Origin: an uncultured Pseudomonadota bacterium
GTDB lineage: Bacteria > Pseudomonadota > Alphaproteobacteria > Rs-D84
Assembly: GCA_902798205.1 (NCBI GenBank)
Contig: CADBVV010000003.1
Coordinates: 2,927 to 66,926, forward strand
Length of the DNA: 64,000 nucleotides
Reading direction: 5' to 3'
Below the pieces are notes generated by a model that saw only the letters and a list, made by a program, of their open reading frames with translations, had not been told where the DNA came from and did not search any database. Each line of letters opens with the position of its first letter. The stretch's first letter is position 1. Shown piece after piece: positions 37,662-48,866 of this stretch. The position numbers and the translations under genes were made by a program.

Positions 37662-38351
37662 ATGAAGAAATCCATATTCTTTTGGCTGTATTTTGTCGCG
37701 TCAATTATATTGGCGGTGTATTTTGCGACACGCGTTATAACCAGTATTATGGGACGCGGCCCGGTTTCAAATGTAAAACAAATATCTATTATTGCTGATT
37801 CAAAAGATACAGATTTTGAATCTGTGCGTTTGGCACTTGGTATAAACAGCGGTGTTAATATTAAATCTGTTGATTTACATCAAATAAATACCCGCGTTTC
37901 AAAAATACCCGGTATAAAAAATTCATCAATCCGCAGATTATCCAATGGCAATATTGTTGTAAAAATTCAAAAACACAAGGTTGCTGCACAATGGAGTGAT
38001 GGCGCATATTATTATCCGTTATCTGAAGATGGTACAAAAATAGACACACCTTCGACAGAACGTGATGAAAACACAATTGTTTTTCGTGGTGCGATTCCAG
38101 AAAATATAAAAGAAATAATAAGTGGTGTTTCTGGAATATCAGAATATATAGATTATATGAATATGGTTGAATCACGTCGTTGGGATATACATACAAAAAA
38201 CGGCATAACGATATATTTGCCGGAAAACAATCCTAATGTTGCTGTTAATAAAATAAGCCATTTGAATCAAACGCACAAAATATTATCACGTAATTTAGAT
38301 ATTATTGATATGCGTGACGATGCCAGAATTTTAGTTAAAACAAGGAAATGA
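37662..38351 (+). CDS. ftsQ: cell division protein FtsQ
   Basis: N-terminal TM helix and POTRA-like region (I.I.....T....V...L....G.NI). Position immediately upstream of an ftsA-like gene. Confidence 0.8.
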   Translation: MKKSIFFWLYFVASIILAVYFATRVITSIMGRGPVSNVKQISIIADSKDTDFESVRLALGINSGVNIKSVDLHQINTRVSKIPGIKNSSIRRLSNGNIVVKIQKHKVAAQWSDGAYYYPLSEDGTKIDTPSTERDENTIVFRGAIPENIKEIISGVSGISEYIDYMNMVESRRWDIHTKNGITIYLPENNPNVAVNKISHLNQTHKILSRNLDIIDMRDDARILVKTRK

Positions 38352-40132
38352 AACTTTCTAATTCATCTTTTTTGTGTCTTGATATCGGAACCTATGGTGT
38401 CAGGGGGCTTGCACATTGTGTAAGGGATGCCAGAATTATTCAATCAGAAACACACTTTGTAAAAAATACAAATACGATATTCGCACTTAAAAGTGTTATT
38501 GATGAATTGGAACAACAATTAAATACTCATTTTAATTCCGCGTTTGTTACCGGTAATTTTGGAAATGCAGATTTTAAAACTGTGTCTGATACAATATTAT
38601 GGCATGATGAACACAAAATTAATGAATTAGATTTACGTCACCAAATTGCAAAAATAACCGCACCCGAAGGTTTTTATGCGATGCATATTATTCCTGTTTT
38701 TTATGGTACGCAAAACATAAAAAATATAAGCAATTCTCCAATCGGTCATATTGATACACAATTAAAATCTATATTCAGTGTAATATCGTATGAAACAGAT
38801 AAAACAAAATACATATCCGATATTCTTCGCCGTACCCATATTCAATCCAGTGGTTTTTTGGATCCTGCTTTTTTACAAAACGCAATTTACAGAAAACCAA
38901 ATGAAAAAATATTATTCATAGATTTGGGTAACGAATTCACAACTGTTTCCATATGGACAATGCGTGGACCGTTATATTTTAACAAGATAGAATTTGGTGG
39001 ATGCGATATTACAAACGCGATTGCTTCCGGCTTAAATATCGGAACACTTGATGCAGATACATTAAAAATATCTGTGGCAAACGCGATACCTAATGAAATG
39101 GATCGCTTCACCCCGGCAGATGCATCTGAAAAATTCGCATCTTTTTCACGTGCAGATATAAACGATATATTTATACCAACATTGAAAGAATTAATCGCAA
39201 CAATTTATGAAGAATCAATAAAATATATTGAACAATATAAACCTGAAAAAATTGTTCTGACTGGTGGTGGCGCAACAATAAATAATATCAATAATATTTT
39301 CGAACACGTGTTTAAATTACCGGTTGATAACATGGGGGACGGTGCAACATTAAATGCTTTATCCGAATATATTTGGAATACTTATTTACCAGAAAGAAAT
39401 GCATATATTGAAAGACAAGAAAAAGTTCAAAATATAATCGATAAAATAACTGGTATTTTCAAACACAAAAAGAAACCAAAGAAAAGAAAATTCATCCCAA
39501 TTATGCCAAGCACGCTGTGTTTTAATATGGATGATATGACCACATACAGTTTATTCGCAAGCGCCGGTATATCAATGATACATGTTGATATAATGGATGG
39601 TTTTTATGTGGATAAAATTGCCGGCGGCATTAATGAATTGGCAAACATAAGATCAAAAACAAAATCTCATTTACACGTTCATTTAATGACAGAAAGTCCG
39701 TCTGTTTGGGCACGCGATGCAATTAATGCGGGTGCAGATACAGTCATAGTTTCAACAAATACATCTGGGGTAAAAAATGCGATAAAAATTATCAAAGATG
39801 CCGGCAAACGCGCGGGTATCGCCCTTAACCCAGAATCCAATGTTGAAATATTAATTCCAATATTAAAACAAATTGATGAAGTTATGGTCATGGGTGTTAA
39901 ACCCGGTGCCGCAGGTCAAGATTTTGATGATAATGTTTTACAAAAAATTAAAACATTAAATTACACACGTAAAAAACACGGACTTAAATATTTAATCAGT
40001 GTAGACGGCGGAATCAATCCAGATACCGCAAAATTATGTTGGAATGCCGGTGCCGATTTATTGGTAAGCGGTTCTTATCTGGCATATGCAACAGATTTTC
40101 CATTGGCTGTTCAAAGTTTATTGAATCGTTAA
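38348..40132 (+). CDS. FtsA-like actin-fold protein fused in frame to ribulose-phosphate 3-epimerase
   Basis: Residues 1-~375 are FtsA-like: FLCLDIGTYGVRG, KIVLTGGGATINNI, then amphipathic IIDKITGIFKHKKK. Residues ~386-594 are Rpe: MPSTLCF, IHVDIMDG, HVHLM, MGVKPGAAGQ, VDGGI, GADLLVSGS. There is no stop codon between the two parts. Confidence 0.7.
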   Translation: MKLSNSSFLCLDIGTYGVRGLAHCVRDARIIQSETHFVKNTNTIFALKSVIDELEQQLNTHFNSAFVTGNFGNADFKTVSDTILWHDEHKINELDLRHQIAKITAPEGFYAMHIIPVFYGTQNIKNISNSPIGHIDTQLKSIFSVISYETDKTKYISDILRRTHIQSSGFLDPAFLQNAIYRKPNEKILFIDLGNEFTTVSIWTMRGPLYFNKIEFGGCDITNAIASGLNIGTLDADTLKISVANAIPNEMDRFTPADASEKFASFSRADINDIFIPTLKELIATIYEESIKYIEQYKPEKIVLTGGGATINNINNIFEHVFKLPVDNMGDGATLNALSEYIWNTYLPERNAYIERQEKVQNIIDKITGIFKHKKKPKKRKFIPIMPSTLCFNMDDMTTYSLFASAGISMIHVDIMDGFYVDKIAGGINELANIRSKTKSHLHVHLMTESPSVWARDAINAGADTVIVSTNTSGVKNAIKIIKDAGKRAGIALNPESNVEILIPILKQIDEVMVMGVKPGAAGQDFDDNVLQKIKTLNYTRKKHGLKYLISVDGGINPDTAKLCWNAGADLLVSGSYLAYATDFPLAVQSLLNR

Positions 40133-40516
40133 TTTACGACCATCACCATTTTGAACAATATAAATATGAATTGTATTTTCTGGCAATTTATCTTTCGCAA
40201 TATCTGGCCATTCAATCAGTGTAATATCATTATCGATTGCATATTGTAAACCGATTTCTTCCAATTCAGATGCATCACCTATTCTGTATAAATCAAAATG
40301 CGATATACCATCATAATTTTGAACCAGTGTAAAAGTCGGACTTGGCACAACAGTATCTTCGCCACGCAATGTTTTAATTATTGTACGTGCAATTTCACTT
40401 TTACCCATACCCAAATCACCATGCAAAGCAACCGTTTGCGGCGCTTGCAAAGTCTTTGCAAACTCACGCGCAAAGCGATGTGTTTCTTCAATATTATTTA
40501 ATATATATTCTTTCAT
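40118..40516 (-). CDS. tsaE: tRNA threonylcarbamoyladenosine biosynthesis protein TsaE
   Basis: LHGDLGMGKSEIAR P-loop and HFDLYR motif. Start set at MKEYIL (40516), 1 nt after the uvrB stop. Confidence 0.85.
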   Translation of the reverse strand: MKEYILNNIEETHRFAREFAKTLQAPQTVALHGDLGMGKSEIARTIIKTLRGEDTVVPSPTFTLVQNYDGISHFDLYRIGDASELEEIGLQYAIDNDITLIEWPDIAKDKLPENTIHIYIVQNGDGRKLTIQ

Positions 40517-40517
40517 T

Positions 40518-42527
40518 TTATTCCACCAATAATAAATCGTCTTCCAGCGCATGTATCAAATCACGAACCTGGGCTGCCTGTTCAAATTCCAAATTTTCTG
40601 CATGCTTTTGCATTGTCTTGGTAAGTGCTTTGATTTCCTTGCGCAAAGATTCAGCATCCATAACACCACCATCTTTACTGTAAACAAATTTTCGTGATTT
40701 GTCAGTTTTTTCTTCTTTGATTTTAACTTCATCAAATACAGACTTTGAAATGGTCTTTGGTGTTACACCGTGTTCTGTATTATACGCCATTTGTTTTTCG
40801 CGTCTGCGTGCTGTTTCGTCCAATGCAGAACGCATTGAATCAGTTATCGTATCACCATATAAAATCACCCGACCATTTGCATTACGTGCCGCGCGCCCTA
40901 TGGTTTGAATCAACGAACGTGTAGAACGCAAGAATCCTTCTTTATCGGCATCCATAATTGCAACCAATTCGCATTCTGGAACATCCAACCCTTCGCGTAA
41001 TAAATTTATACCAACCAAAACATCATATTTACCCAATCTTAAATCACGTAATAAATCTATGCGTTCCAATGTTTCAATATCAGAATGCAAATAACGCGCA
41101 CGAACACCATTTTCAACAAAATAGTCTGTTAATTGTTCCGCCATTTTTTTGGTAAGTGTTGTAACAATAACGCGACCCTTGGTCTTTTTAACTTCATACA
41201 ACAAATCGTCAACCTGATGTTCCGTTGGACGCACTTCGCATATTGGATCCAAAAGGCCCGTCGGACGAATAACCTGTTCACTGACAATACCATTTGATTG
41301 TTCCAATTCCCATTGTGCCGGTGTTGCCGATACAAATATGGTCTGTGGTCGCAATTCGTCCCATTCATCAAAAGTTAACGGTCGATTATCAACACAAGAT
41401 GGCAAACGAAATCCATATTGCGCCAATGTTTCCTTGCGCGCCCTGTCCCCGCGTGACATAGCCCCAATTTGTGGAACCGTTACATGACTTTCATCCAAAA
41501 ATAAAATTGCATCTTTTGGTAAATATTCAAACAGTGTTGGTGGTGGCTGTCCCGGAAGACGCCCTGTTAAATATCTTGAATAATTTTCAATACCACGACA
41601 TGTTCCCGTGGATTCCATCATTTCGATATCAAAATTCACACGTTCGCGTAATCTTTGTTCTTCGACATATTTCATATTGTCGTGAAAATATTTCAATCTT
41701 TCTTCCAAATCTTGTCTGATATTACCAATTGCCTGTAATACGGACGGCATCGGTGTTGCATAGTGTGTATTTGGATATACAACTATTCTGTCCAGTTTGT
41801 GTAATTTTCCACCAGTTAGGGTGTCAAATTCCCAAATCTCGTCAATTTCATCGCCAAAGAAAGATAATTTCCATGCCCTGTCTTGTGAATGTGATGGGAA
41901 TATATCCAATGTATCACCGCGCGCACGAAAATCACCGCGATTAAAACCCATTTCGTTTCTTTTATATTGAATATCAACCAAAGCGCGCATTACATCTTTT
42001 TCAGATATCTTGTCCCCGGCCTTTAAAACCAATTTCATTTCAGAATATTGTTCTGGTGACCCGATACCATAAATAGACGAAACAGACGAAACAACGATAA
42101 CATCCCTTTCTTCCAACATGGCACGCGTCGCGGAATGGCGCATACGATCCAATTGTTCATTTATAGACGCATCTTTATCAATATAGGTATCTGTGGTTGG
42201 AACATAGGCTTCTGGTTGGTAATAATCATAAAAAGACACAAAATATTCCACATGATTATGCGGAAAAAACGCCTTCATTTCTGTATATAATTGTGCCGCC
42301 AGAATCTTGTTTGGTGCCATAATCATTGTTGGACGGCCCAAATTTTGGATAACATTTGCCATGGTAAATGTCTTACCAGAACCGGTTACCCCCAATAAAA
42401 CCTGTGATTTTCGGCCTTCTTTGATACCATTAACCAATTCAGATATGGCCGTTGGTTGATCCCCCATCGGCGCAAAATCAGATTCCAGTGAAAAAATACT
42501 TTCTATATTTTTCATTTTTTTATTCAC
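40518..42527 (-). CDS. uvrB: excinuclease ABC subunit B
   Basis: GVTGSGKTF Walker A, helicase motifs and the C-terminal UVR domain ([13 protein letters not shown]). Confidence 0.97.
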   Translation of the reverse strand: MNKKMKNIESIFSLESDFAPMGDQPTAISELVNGIKEGRKSQVLLGVTGSGKTFTMANVIQNLGRPTMIMAPNKILAAQLYTEMKAFFPHNHVEYFVSFYDYYQPEAYVPTTDTYIDKDASINEQLDRMRHSATRAMLEERDVIVVSSVSSIYGIGSPEQYSEMKLVLKAGDKISEKDVMRALVDIQYKRNEMGFNRGDFRARGDTLDIFPSHSQDRAWKLSFFGDEIDEIWEFDTLTGGKLHKLDRIVVYPNTHYATPMPSVLQAIGNIRQDLEERLKYFHDNMKYVEEQRLRERVNFDIEMMESTGTCRGIENYSRYLTGRLPGQPPPTLFEYLPKDAILFLDESHVTVPQIGAMSRGDRARKETLAQYGFRLPSCVDNRPLTFDEWDELRPQTIFVSATPAQWELEQSNGIVSEQVIRPTGLLDPICEVRPTEHQVDDLLYEVKKTKGRVIVTTLTKKMAEQLTDYFVENGVRARYLHSDIETLERIDLLRDLRLGKYDVLVGINLLREGLDVPECELVAIMDADKEGFLRSTRSLIQTIGRAARNANGRVILYGDTITDSMRSALDETARRREKQMAYNTEHGVTPKTISKSVFDEVKIKEEKTDKSRKFVYSKDGGVMDAESLRKEIKALTKTMQKHAENLEFEQAAQVRDLIHALEDDLLLVE

Positions 42528-42571
42528 ATACCTTAATATAATTCATTATAATGAAAATACAAGGAAAGAGA

Positions 42572-45058
42572 ATGATGTCCACAAAAATAAAATATATAAA
42601 CAAAATATTGGTTTTTGTATTGTCTTTTATCACAATACTTGGGCTGGCTGTGATTGTTGTTCCGCCGATGATAAGCCTGAACAGCAATGTTAAAACAAAG
42701 ATAGAAGAAGCCATTTTAAATCAAACCGGTATCCAGGCAAAAATTCATGGAAGTATAAATTTCAGTTTGCTGGGTAAAACAACAATTGTCGCACACGATG
42801 TTTCTGTTCCAAACGGCATTATATCTTCCGTTGGGTTCACGTTTCCGTTTTTTGATATATTTGATTTAAAAAATGCCGATATTTCTGGTGATATATACGT
42901 AGATGGCGCTTCTTTACACATCGATAAAATTGTTCCTTTTAATATCAATAAAAATATTATTGTTGAAGATTCCAAAATAAACTTTCTTAACAAAGAATAT
43001 AAAATTATTCACGCAGATATATCCAAAGATAAATTGGATGCATTCGTACGAACAGATCAACATAAATACGAAATCAAATCTGAAAACAATAAATTCGTTA
43101 TAAAAAATAAAAATAACGATTTACTTTTAACCGGTGAATTATTCAAGAATGGCACTGCCAAAGGCCACATAAGCATAATTGCACAAAATGTAAACAGATG
43201 GTTTGAATTTGAAACACCGCGTATCGAAGGTCGCTTTCCAATAACCGCTGATATTTCATGGAATGGTGGATACGGAATAAAATTTGATAATATTGTCGCC
43301 CAAGGTGTTCGCGGCAGCATTGAATATAAAGATGACGGTTATAAAATAATCAAATTAAAATCTGATAATGCAAATTTTGATTTTTCATTTTTTGAATCAA
43401 CGCCAGACATATTAAAAAATTCATTTTTTGATTTAGATTTTCATGGTGATATGAAATTCCTTAATCAAAGATTTAACAATTTAAAAGTCTTATTACGCGG
43501 TACAGATAACGAAATAAAAATTGATACAATTATTGCAGGTGATGCAAAAATTTATGGTGGAACGGTTGATAAATATGGTGCACACGATGTTCATATCGAA
43601 GGTCCTTTATCAGGTCTGCACACAACTTGTCTTTTCAACGGAACGCCACAAGATTGGTATTGCAAAGAATATTCACACGGAAACAATATTACTTCTGTCT
43701 TTTCAGTCAAAGATGATGTAATTGATGCAGACGTTTATTCTACTGCTATCTATGCTGACATGAAACCGTTTGTTGTAACAATACGAAAATTGGCATCACG
43801 TGGCAAAGTTAGATTTTATTATCCAGATATGACAGGGACTTTGCATTTGGAAAAAGACAGTTATACCGTAGATTATACACGTCTTGACAACAGATCTTTA
43901 AATCAGGCAAAGGTTAATTTAAAATTCTTGCCAGATTTTATGAAGGACGAACCTGGCGATTTTGTACGTGTTAACGGCGTTATGATTTTTACACCAAATT
44001 CAAAACAATGGTTGTTATCAAAAAGTGATGACTTCTTTATATTACGTGGTGAAAATTTTAAACAATTAACCAGAACACTTGATTTACAATCAATAAATGA
44101 TTTGCCATATATTTTATCTGGCAATTATAAAAATGGCACTATTTCTGATTTTACAATAGAAATTGCAAACCACAGACTTACTGGAACATTATCTGGAAAA
44201 TCTATAACATTAAAAACAGATATTTTTGATGTTGATGCGTTTGTAAATAAATCTTTTATGAAGAAATTTGAAGAAATGTCGTTTTTTACAACACATCCGA
44301 TATTATTGCCATTTGAAACAAATGTGAATATTGCATTATCTGCAAATAAATTGATTTACGATTCAACAGAATATAAAAACTTTGTGTATTCTTTAAATAA
44401 TGACAAACAAACTTTTTCAATATCTGATTCTAATCGTGGTAATTTATTGGCAACAATAACAAAAAACAACATTAAATACGCAATTGATATCCAATTAAAT
44501 AAATTTGTATTTGATAAAAAAATGTTACCAGAATATATGCCACTTAATATTTCTGATACATCAATTACTGCAGAAATTAAATTAAATACAATTGGTAAAA
44601 TCGCACATGATATTATCAATAATTTAAAAGGATCTTTTGATGCATCATTAGATGGCGGTATATTATATGGTTTGGGATTATCTGATTTTTACTATGCCGC
44701 ACCAAGATTACAAAAAAATATAAATGCAGAAAAAATATTATCCAGTGCATTAAAGTTTGGCACAACACCAATTAAAAAGATGCATATTGTTGGTGATTAT
44801 GAAAATGGCGATATAACAACAACAGAACCATTTACGTTATATATGCCACATTCAGAAGCAACAGGTATATTGGATATAAAAAATGGCGCAATGACTACAA
44901 AATTAAAATTGATTTTACGCGGAACTTCGGCAAGTCCTGAACCAATTGATTTGATAATATATCCTGATGATTCACGTGATTTTGCTCTTTCACAAATAAT
45001 GATTAATTTTGATCCAGAATATATGCGTGAATTTGTAAAATCACATAATCAATTCTAA
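42572..45058 (+). CDS. AsmA-family outer-membrane assembly protein-like
   Basis: N-terminal anchor helix followed by ..LNSNVKTKIEEAILNQTGIQAKIHGSINFSLLGKTTIVAHDVSV, typical of AsmA N-termini. Start set at the ATG after the AAGGAAAG RBS. Confidence 0.5.
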   Translation: MMSTKIKYINKILVFVLSFITILGLAVIVVPPMISLNSNVKTKIEEAILNQTGIQAKIHGSINFSLLGKTTIVAHDVSVPNGIISSVGFTFPFFDIFDLKNADISGDIYVDGASLHIDKIVPFNINKNIIVEDSKINFLNKEYKIIHADISKDKLDAFVRTDQHKYEIKSENNKFVIKNKNNDLLLTGELFKNGTAKGHISIIAQNVNRWFEFETPRIEGRFPITADISWNGGYGIKFDNIVAQGVRGSIEYKDDGYKIIKLKSDNANFDFSFFESTPDILKNSFFDLDFHGDMKFLNQRFNNLKVLLRGTDNEIKIDTIIAGDAKIYGGTVDKYGAHDVHIEGPLSGLHTTCLFNGTPQDWYCKEYSHGNNITSVFSVKDDVIDADVYSTAIYADMKPFVVTIRKLASRGKVRFYYPDMTGTLHLEKDSYTVDYTRLDNRSLNQAKVNLKFLPDFMKDEPGDFVRVNGVMIFTPNSKQWLLSKSDDFFILRGENFKQLTRTLDLQSINDLPYILSGNYKNGTISDFTIEIANHRLTGTLSGKSITLKTDIFDVDAFVNKSFMKKFEEMSFFTTHPILLPFETNVNIALSANKLIYDSTEYKNFVYSLNNDKQTFSISDSNRGNLLATITKNNIKYAIDIQLNKFVFDKKMLPEYMPLNISDTSITAEIKLNTIGKIAHDIINNLKGSFDASLDGGILYGLGLSDFYYAAPRLQKNINAEKILSSALKFGTTPIKKMHIVGDYENGDITTTEPFTLYMPHSEATGILDIKNGAMTTKLKLILRGTSASPEPIDLIIYPDDSRDFALSQIMINFDPEYMREFVKSHNQF

Positions 45059-45092
45059 AAAAAACACCCCGAAATAAATCGGGGTATTTTTT
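45056..45092. terminator. bidirectional intrinsic terminator
   Basis: ACCCCG-AAATAAAT-CGGGGT (45065-45084) with flanking A/T runs between convergent genes. Confidence 0.75.
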
Positions 45093-45110
45093 GTACAGTT
45101 CAAAAAGTTT

Positions 45111-46865
45111 TTATCCTTTTTTACGAACCTGGATATGTACTTCACGTAATTGTTGTTCTGTAACTTCACGTGGTGCACCCAACATTAAATCTTGGCCACG
45201 TTGATTTGTTGGGAACAAAACAACTTCGCGTAAATTTTGTGTTCCAAGTATAATCGAAACCAAACGATCAATACCGAATGCACATCCACCGTGTGGTGGT
45301 GCGCCATATTGGAATGCAGCATACATTCCACCGAATTTTTCCTTTACAACTTCTGGACCATATCCAGCAACTGCAAAAGCTTTGATCATTGTTTCAGGAT
45401 TATAGTTACGAAGACCGCCACTGCAAATTTCGGCACCATTTAAAACCATATCAAATTGATTTGCTTTGATTTTTAATGGATCACCATCCAATTCGCCTTT
45501 TGGCAAACTGAATGGGTTATGACCAAAATCAATTGCGCCTGTTTCTTCGTTCAATTCGTACATTGGGAAATCTTCTATCCAACAGAATTTAAATTCATTT
45601 GGATTTATCAATCCTAAATCTTCGCCCAATTTGATACGCAATTTACCAGCAGCCTTGGCCGCAGCTTCTTCTTTATCACAAACAAAGAAAAGTGATGAAT
45701 TATCGCCTGCAATTTCTTTTAATTTCGCAATACGATCTGCATCTAATTTCTTTGCAACAGGTCCCTTTGGTTCATCGGCAAACACAATATAAGCCAATCC
45801 ACCAAGTCCTAATTCTTTGGTTGCGTATTCACCCAATTTATCAAACCAAGAACGTGGTTTATCCGCACTGTTTGGTGCAGGTATTGCACGAATCACAGAA
45901 CCGTTTTCAACAGCACTTGCAAATATACCAAATTCAGAACCACGGAATATTTCACTTACATCGCTGATAATAATTGGGTTACGCAAATCAGGTTTATCGG
46001 ATCCATATTTCAACATCGCTTCATCAAATGGGATATGCGGAATATTTGGATCAACAATTGCGCCAGGAACAAATTCTTTGATTAAATCTGGCATCAATTC
46101 ATTACCAACAGCCTGAATATCCAACATATCTACAAATGACATTTCGATATCTAACTGATAGAATTCCAACAATCTGTCTGCGCGCAAATCTTCGTCACGA
46201 AAACATGGTGCAATTTGGAAATATCTGTCGAATCCAGAAATTTGAATTAATTGTTTAAACTGTTGTGGTGCCTGTGGCAATGCATAAAACATTCCATGAT
46301 GATTACGACTTGGCACAATGTAATCACGTGCACCTTCTGGACTGGATACTGTTAAAATAGGTGTTTGGAATTCACTGAATCCCATGTCCCACATTTTATC
46401 ACGCAAGAATTTCATAATACGGTTACGTGTTAAAATGTTATGATGCAAACTGTCGCGACGCAAATCGATATAACGATATTTCAAACGCAAATCTTCTGCG
46501 ACTGTGTCATCATCACCAAATACAGGGAAAGGTAAAACATCAGCATTTGTTAAAACTTCCCAAGATTCAGATTTAATTTCAATATGTCCGGTTGGCAATT
46601 TATCATTTACCGCTTCGGCATCACGTGCAACAACCGTACCTGTAATTTTAATAACTGATTCAGGGTGAATCTTTTCAAGATTTTCATCACCACCATCAAA
46701 CACACATTGTGTTATTCCATAATTATCACGCAAATCCACAAACAAAAGTGAACCGTGATCACGTTTACGATGAACCCATCCAGACAATGTGACAACTTCA
46801 CCTACATTTTTTTCGGTCAATTCACCACAAGTATGAGTCCTGTATTTAGATTTTAAAGACATCAT
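45111..46865 (-). CDS. aspS: aspartyl-tRNA synthetase
   Basis: OB-fold N-terminus (RTHTCGEL..VTLSGWVHRKRDHGSLLFVDLRD), class II motifs (FQIAPCFRDEDLRADR, GGCAFGIDRL). Confidence 0.95.
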   Translation of the reverse strand: MMSLKSKYRTHTCGELTEKNVGEVVTLSGWVHRKRDHGSLLFVDLRDNYGITQCVFDGGDENLEKIHPESVIKITGTVVARDAEAVNDKLPTGHIEIKSESWEVLTNADVLPFPVFGDDDTVAEDLRLKYRYIDLRRDSLHHNILTRNRIMKFLRDKMWDMGFSEFQTPILTVSSPEGARDYIVPSRNHHGMFYALPQAPQQFKQLIQISGFDRYFQIAPCFRDEDLRADRLLEFYQLDIEMSFVDMLDIQAVGNELMPDLIKEFVPGAIVDPNIPHIPFDEAMLKYGSDKPDLRNPIIISDVSEIFRGSEFGIFASAVENGSVIRAIPAPNSADKPRSWFDKLGEYATKELGLGGLAYIVFADEPKGPVAKKLDADRIAKLKEIAGDNSSLFFVCDKEEAAAKAAGKLRIKLGEDLGLINPNEFKFCWIEDFPMYELNEETGAIDFGHNPFSLPKGELDGDPLKIKANQFDMVLNGAEICSGGLRNYNPETMIKAFAVAGYGPEVVKEKFGGMYAAFQYGAPPHGGCAFGIDRLVSIILGTQNLREVVLFPTNQRGQDLMLGAPREVTEQQLREVHIQVRKKG

Positions 46866-47156
46866 TTTTTTACACCTTGTATTTTGTTTCGGTGTCGCAT
46901 TTAAATTTTAGATTACGGCACCAATTCAAATCTTAAACACAGGGGCGCTAAGATTTTTTCGCGCGGTGCCACCCTGCTTTTTTTACTTTTGTCAGATTTT
47001 ATAAATACTCCGCGGTTGTCAGTCGCATCATTATATTTATAGAAATCAGCGGAAATGTATTAGATATTGCGGATTGTGATGTTTTTGTGATGCGAATGTA
47101 TAAAACATACATGACCAGAACAAAAACGAACAAACGCAAAATAGATGATACATTTC

Positions 47157-47230
47157 TGGTGCCCTAAGCAAGAATCGGACTTGCGACTCGTCCTTACCAA
47201 GGACGTGTTTTACCACTAGACTATTAGGGC
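47157..47230 (-). tRNA. tRNA-Thr (anticodon GGT)
   Basis: Hand fold of the reverse complement. Acceptor GCCCTAA/TTAGGGC, anticodon arm CGTCC-TTGGTAA-GGACG, T-arm GCAAG-TCCGATT-CTTGC, encoded CCA. There is one C-A mismatch in the D-stem and C at position 55. Confidence 0.75.
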
Positions 47231-47241
47231 AATCGCCAATA

Positions 47242-47269
47242 ATTATATATACGAACCATGAAAAATCAA
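47242..47269 (-). promoter_or_regulatory. sigma70-type promoter for tRNA-Thr
   Basis: Minus strand: TTGATT, 16 nt, TATAAT. The -10 ends 11 nt before the tRNA 5' end. Confidence 0.5.
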
Positions 47270-47279
47270 CTTAAAAATC

Positions 47280-47963
47280 CTATTTAAGTGCCCGCAATTC
47301 TTTTTTATACGCATCTGACACACGGAAAGATTCCAAAGCCTTTTGAATAGCACGCAAACGGGTCCATTCGTCTATTTGCCCACGCTTAAAATACGGCAAT
47401 ATTTTATCATATTGTTTTGCAGCCGCCGTAGCAAAATACCATGCCCGCATCATATTTATATAATATTCTTTGGAATTTATATTTGCGACCATATCTGCAT
47501 ATTTTTCATTGAATTTATCGTCCAACCAATATTGCATTAATGTTTTTATTGCAAAACGGACACCATAAATATCTTTTGATTTTATCCATTTTAAAACATA
47601 TTCATAGACTGTATCTAAATTCTTTTTAAACACATGTGGCGATAATTGGTCGCATGTTGCCCAATTATTTATATATGGCAAAAATCTGTCTGTTTCTGTT
47701 ATAACAAAATCAAAATCTTTTATTTCAGACAAAATAAAAGCATGTAATTGGTTTTCTTCGAAATATTGGTGTGGCAAATACAAAATAAAATCTTTATATT
47801 GCCCAGATTTTACCATATCTTTCGCCATTTTACGCAAGATTGGTGTTCGAATTCCAATAAAACAATCTTTTGAAATATTTGGTATAAGTTTCGCATTAAA
47901 ATCCCTGTATGCGGTATCTTGTAACGCATACAAAGATTTTAAAAATGCATTATTATCTGACAT
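47280..47963 (-). CDS. DNA alkylation repair protein (AlkD-like HEAT-repeat family)
   Basis: IGIRTPILRKMAKD and NNWATCDQL motifs resemble the DNA_alkylation family. 227 aa. Confidence 0.55.
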   Translation of the reverse strand: MSDNNAFLKSLYALQDTAYRDFNAKLIPNISKDCFIGIRTPILRKMAKDMVKSGQYKDFILYLPHQYFEENQLHAFILSEIKDFDFVITETDRFLPYINNWATCDQLSPHVFKKNLDTVYEYVLKWIKSKDIYGVRFAIKTLMQYWLDDKFNEKYADMVANINSKEYYINMMRAWYFATAAAKQYDKILPYFKRGQIDEWTRLRAIQKALESFRVSDAYKKELRALK

Positions 47964-48783
47964 TTGATGTTATACATCTGGCTAATGCATCCTGCCAATC
48001 AGGTATTTTAAAACCAAATGTTTCTGTTATTTTTGTTTTATCCAACACAGAATACATTGGTCGTTTTGCTATTGTTGGATATTCTTTTGTTGGTATAAAT
48101 TTAACCGCACAATCAATATTTGATTGTTTCATTATTTCTGTCGCAAATTGGGCCCATGAACATTTGCCTTTGTTTGAAAAATGATAAATACCAGAATTTG
48201 ATTCGTTTATTTGTGGTATAATTTCAACAATAACACTTGCCAAATCTGCTGCATAAGTTGGACATCCATATTGATCACCAACAACACTTATTTCTTGATG
48301 TTCACGGCCCAATTTTTGCATTGTTTTAAAGAAATTTTTTCCATATTGTGAAAACAACCAACTTGTTCTTATGACCACTGATTCATGGGCATATCTTAAA
48401 ACCTCTCTTTCACCCAATAATTTGGTATGACCGTAAACAGAAACAGGTTTTGCGATATCAGTCGTTTTATAAGGAATGTTTGTTTCCCCATCAAAAACAT
48501 AGTCTGTTGATATATGTATCATTTTTTGACAAGATTGTGCCAAAAATTTTGGTCCATATACATTAACTTTGACAGCATTTAAAACATCTGTTTCTGCCTT
48601 TTCTACATTTGTATATGCTGCACAATTAATGATAAAATCGATTTTATACTTTTTTATAAAATCTGTAACATGACGTCTGTTTGTTATATCCAAATCTTTG
48701 GAACCTGTCGCGATTGCATTTGGTAACAAATTTGTTAATTCTGTCCCCAATTGACCATTAGCCCCTGTAATCAAAATATTCAT
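47953..48783 (-). CDS. rmlD: dTDP-4-dehydrorhamnose reductase
   Basis: MNILITGANGQLG Rossmann motif, STDYVFDG, and typical length. Confidence 0.85.
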   Translation of the reverse strand: MNILITGANGQLGTELTNLLPNAIATGSKDLDITNRRHVTDFIKKYKIDFIINCAAYTNVEKAETDVLNAVKVNVYGPKFLAQSCQKMIHISTDYVFDGETNIPYKTTDIAKPVSVYGHTKLLGEREVLRYAHESVVIRTSWLFSQYGKNFFKTMQKLGREHQEISVVGDQYGCPTYAADLASVIVEIIPQINESNSGIYHFSNKGKCSWAQFATEIMKQSNIDCAVKFIPTKEYPTIAKRPMYSVLDKTKITETFGFKIPDWQDALARCITSNVR

Positions 48784-48866
48784 ATCTTCTCTTTTTTTGT
48801 GTTGTAGGGCTCATACTACTATAAATAAACACAAAATCAATTTTTTGTTAATATTTGATAAAAACA

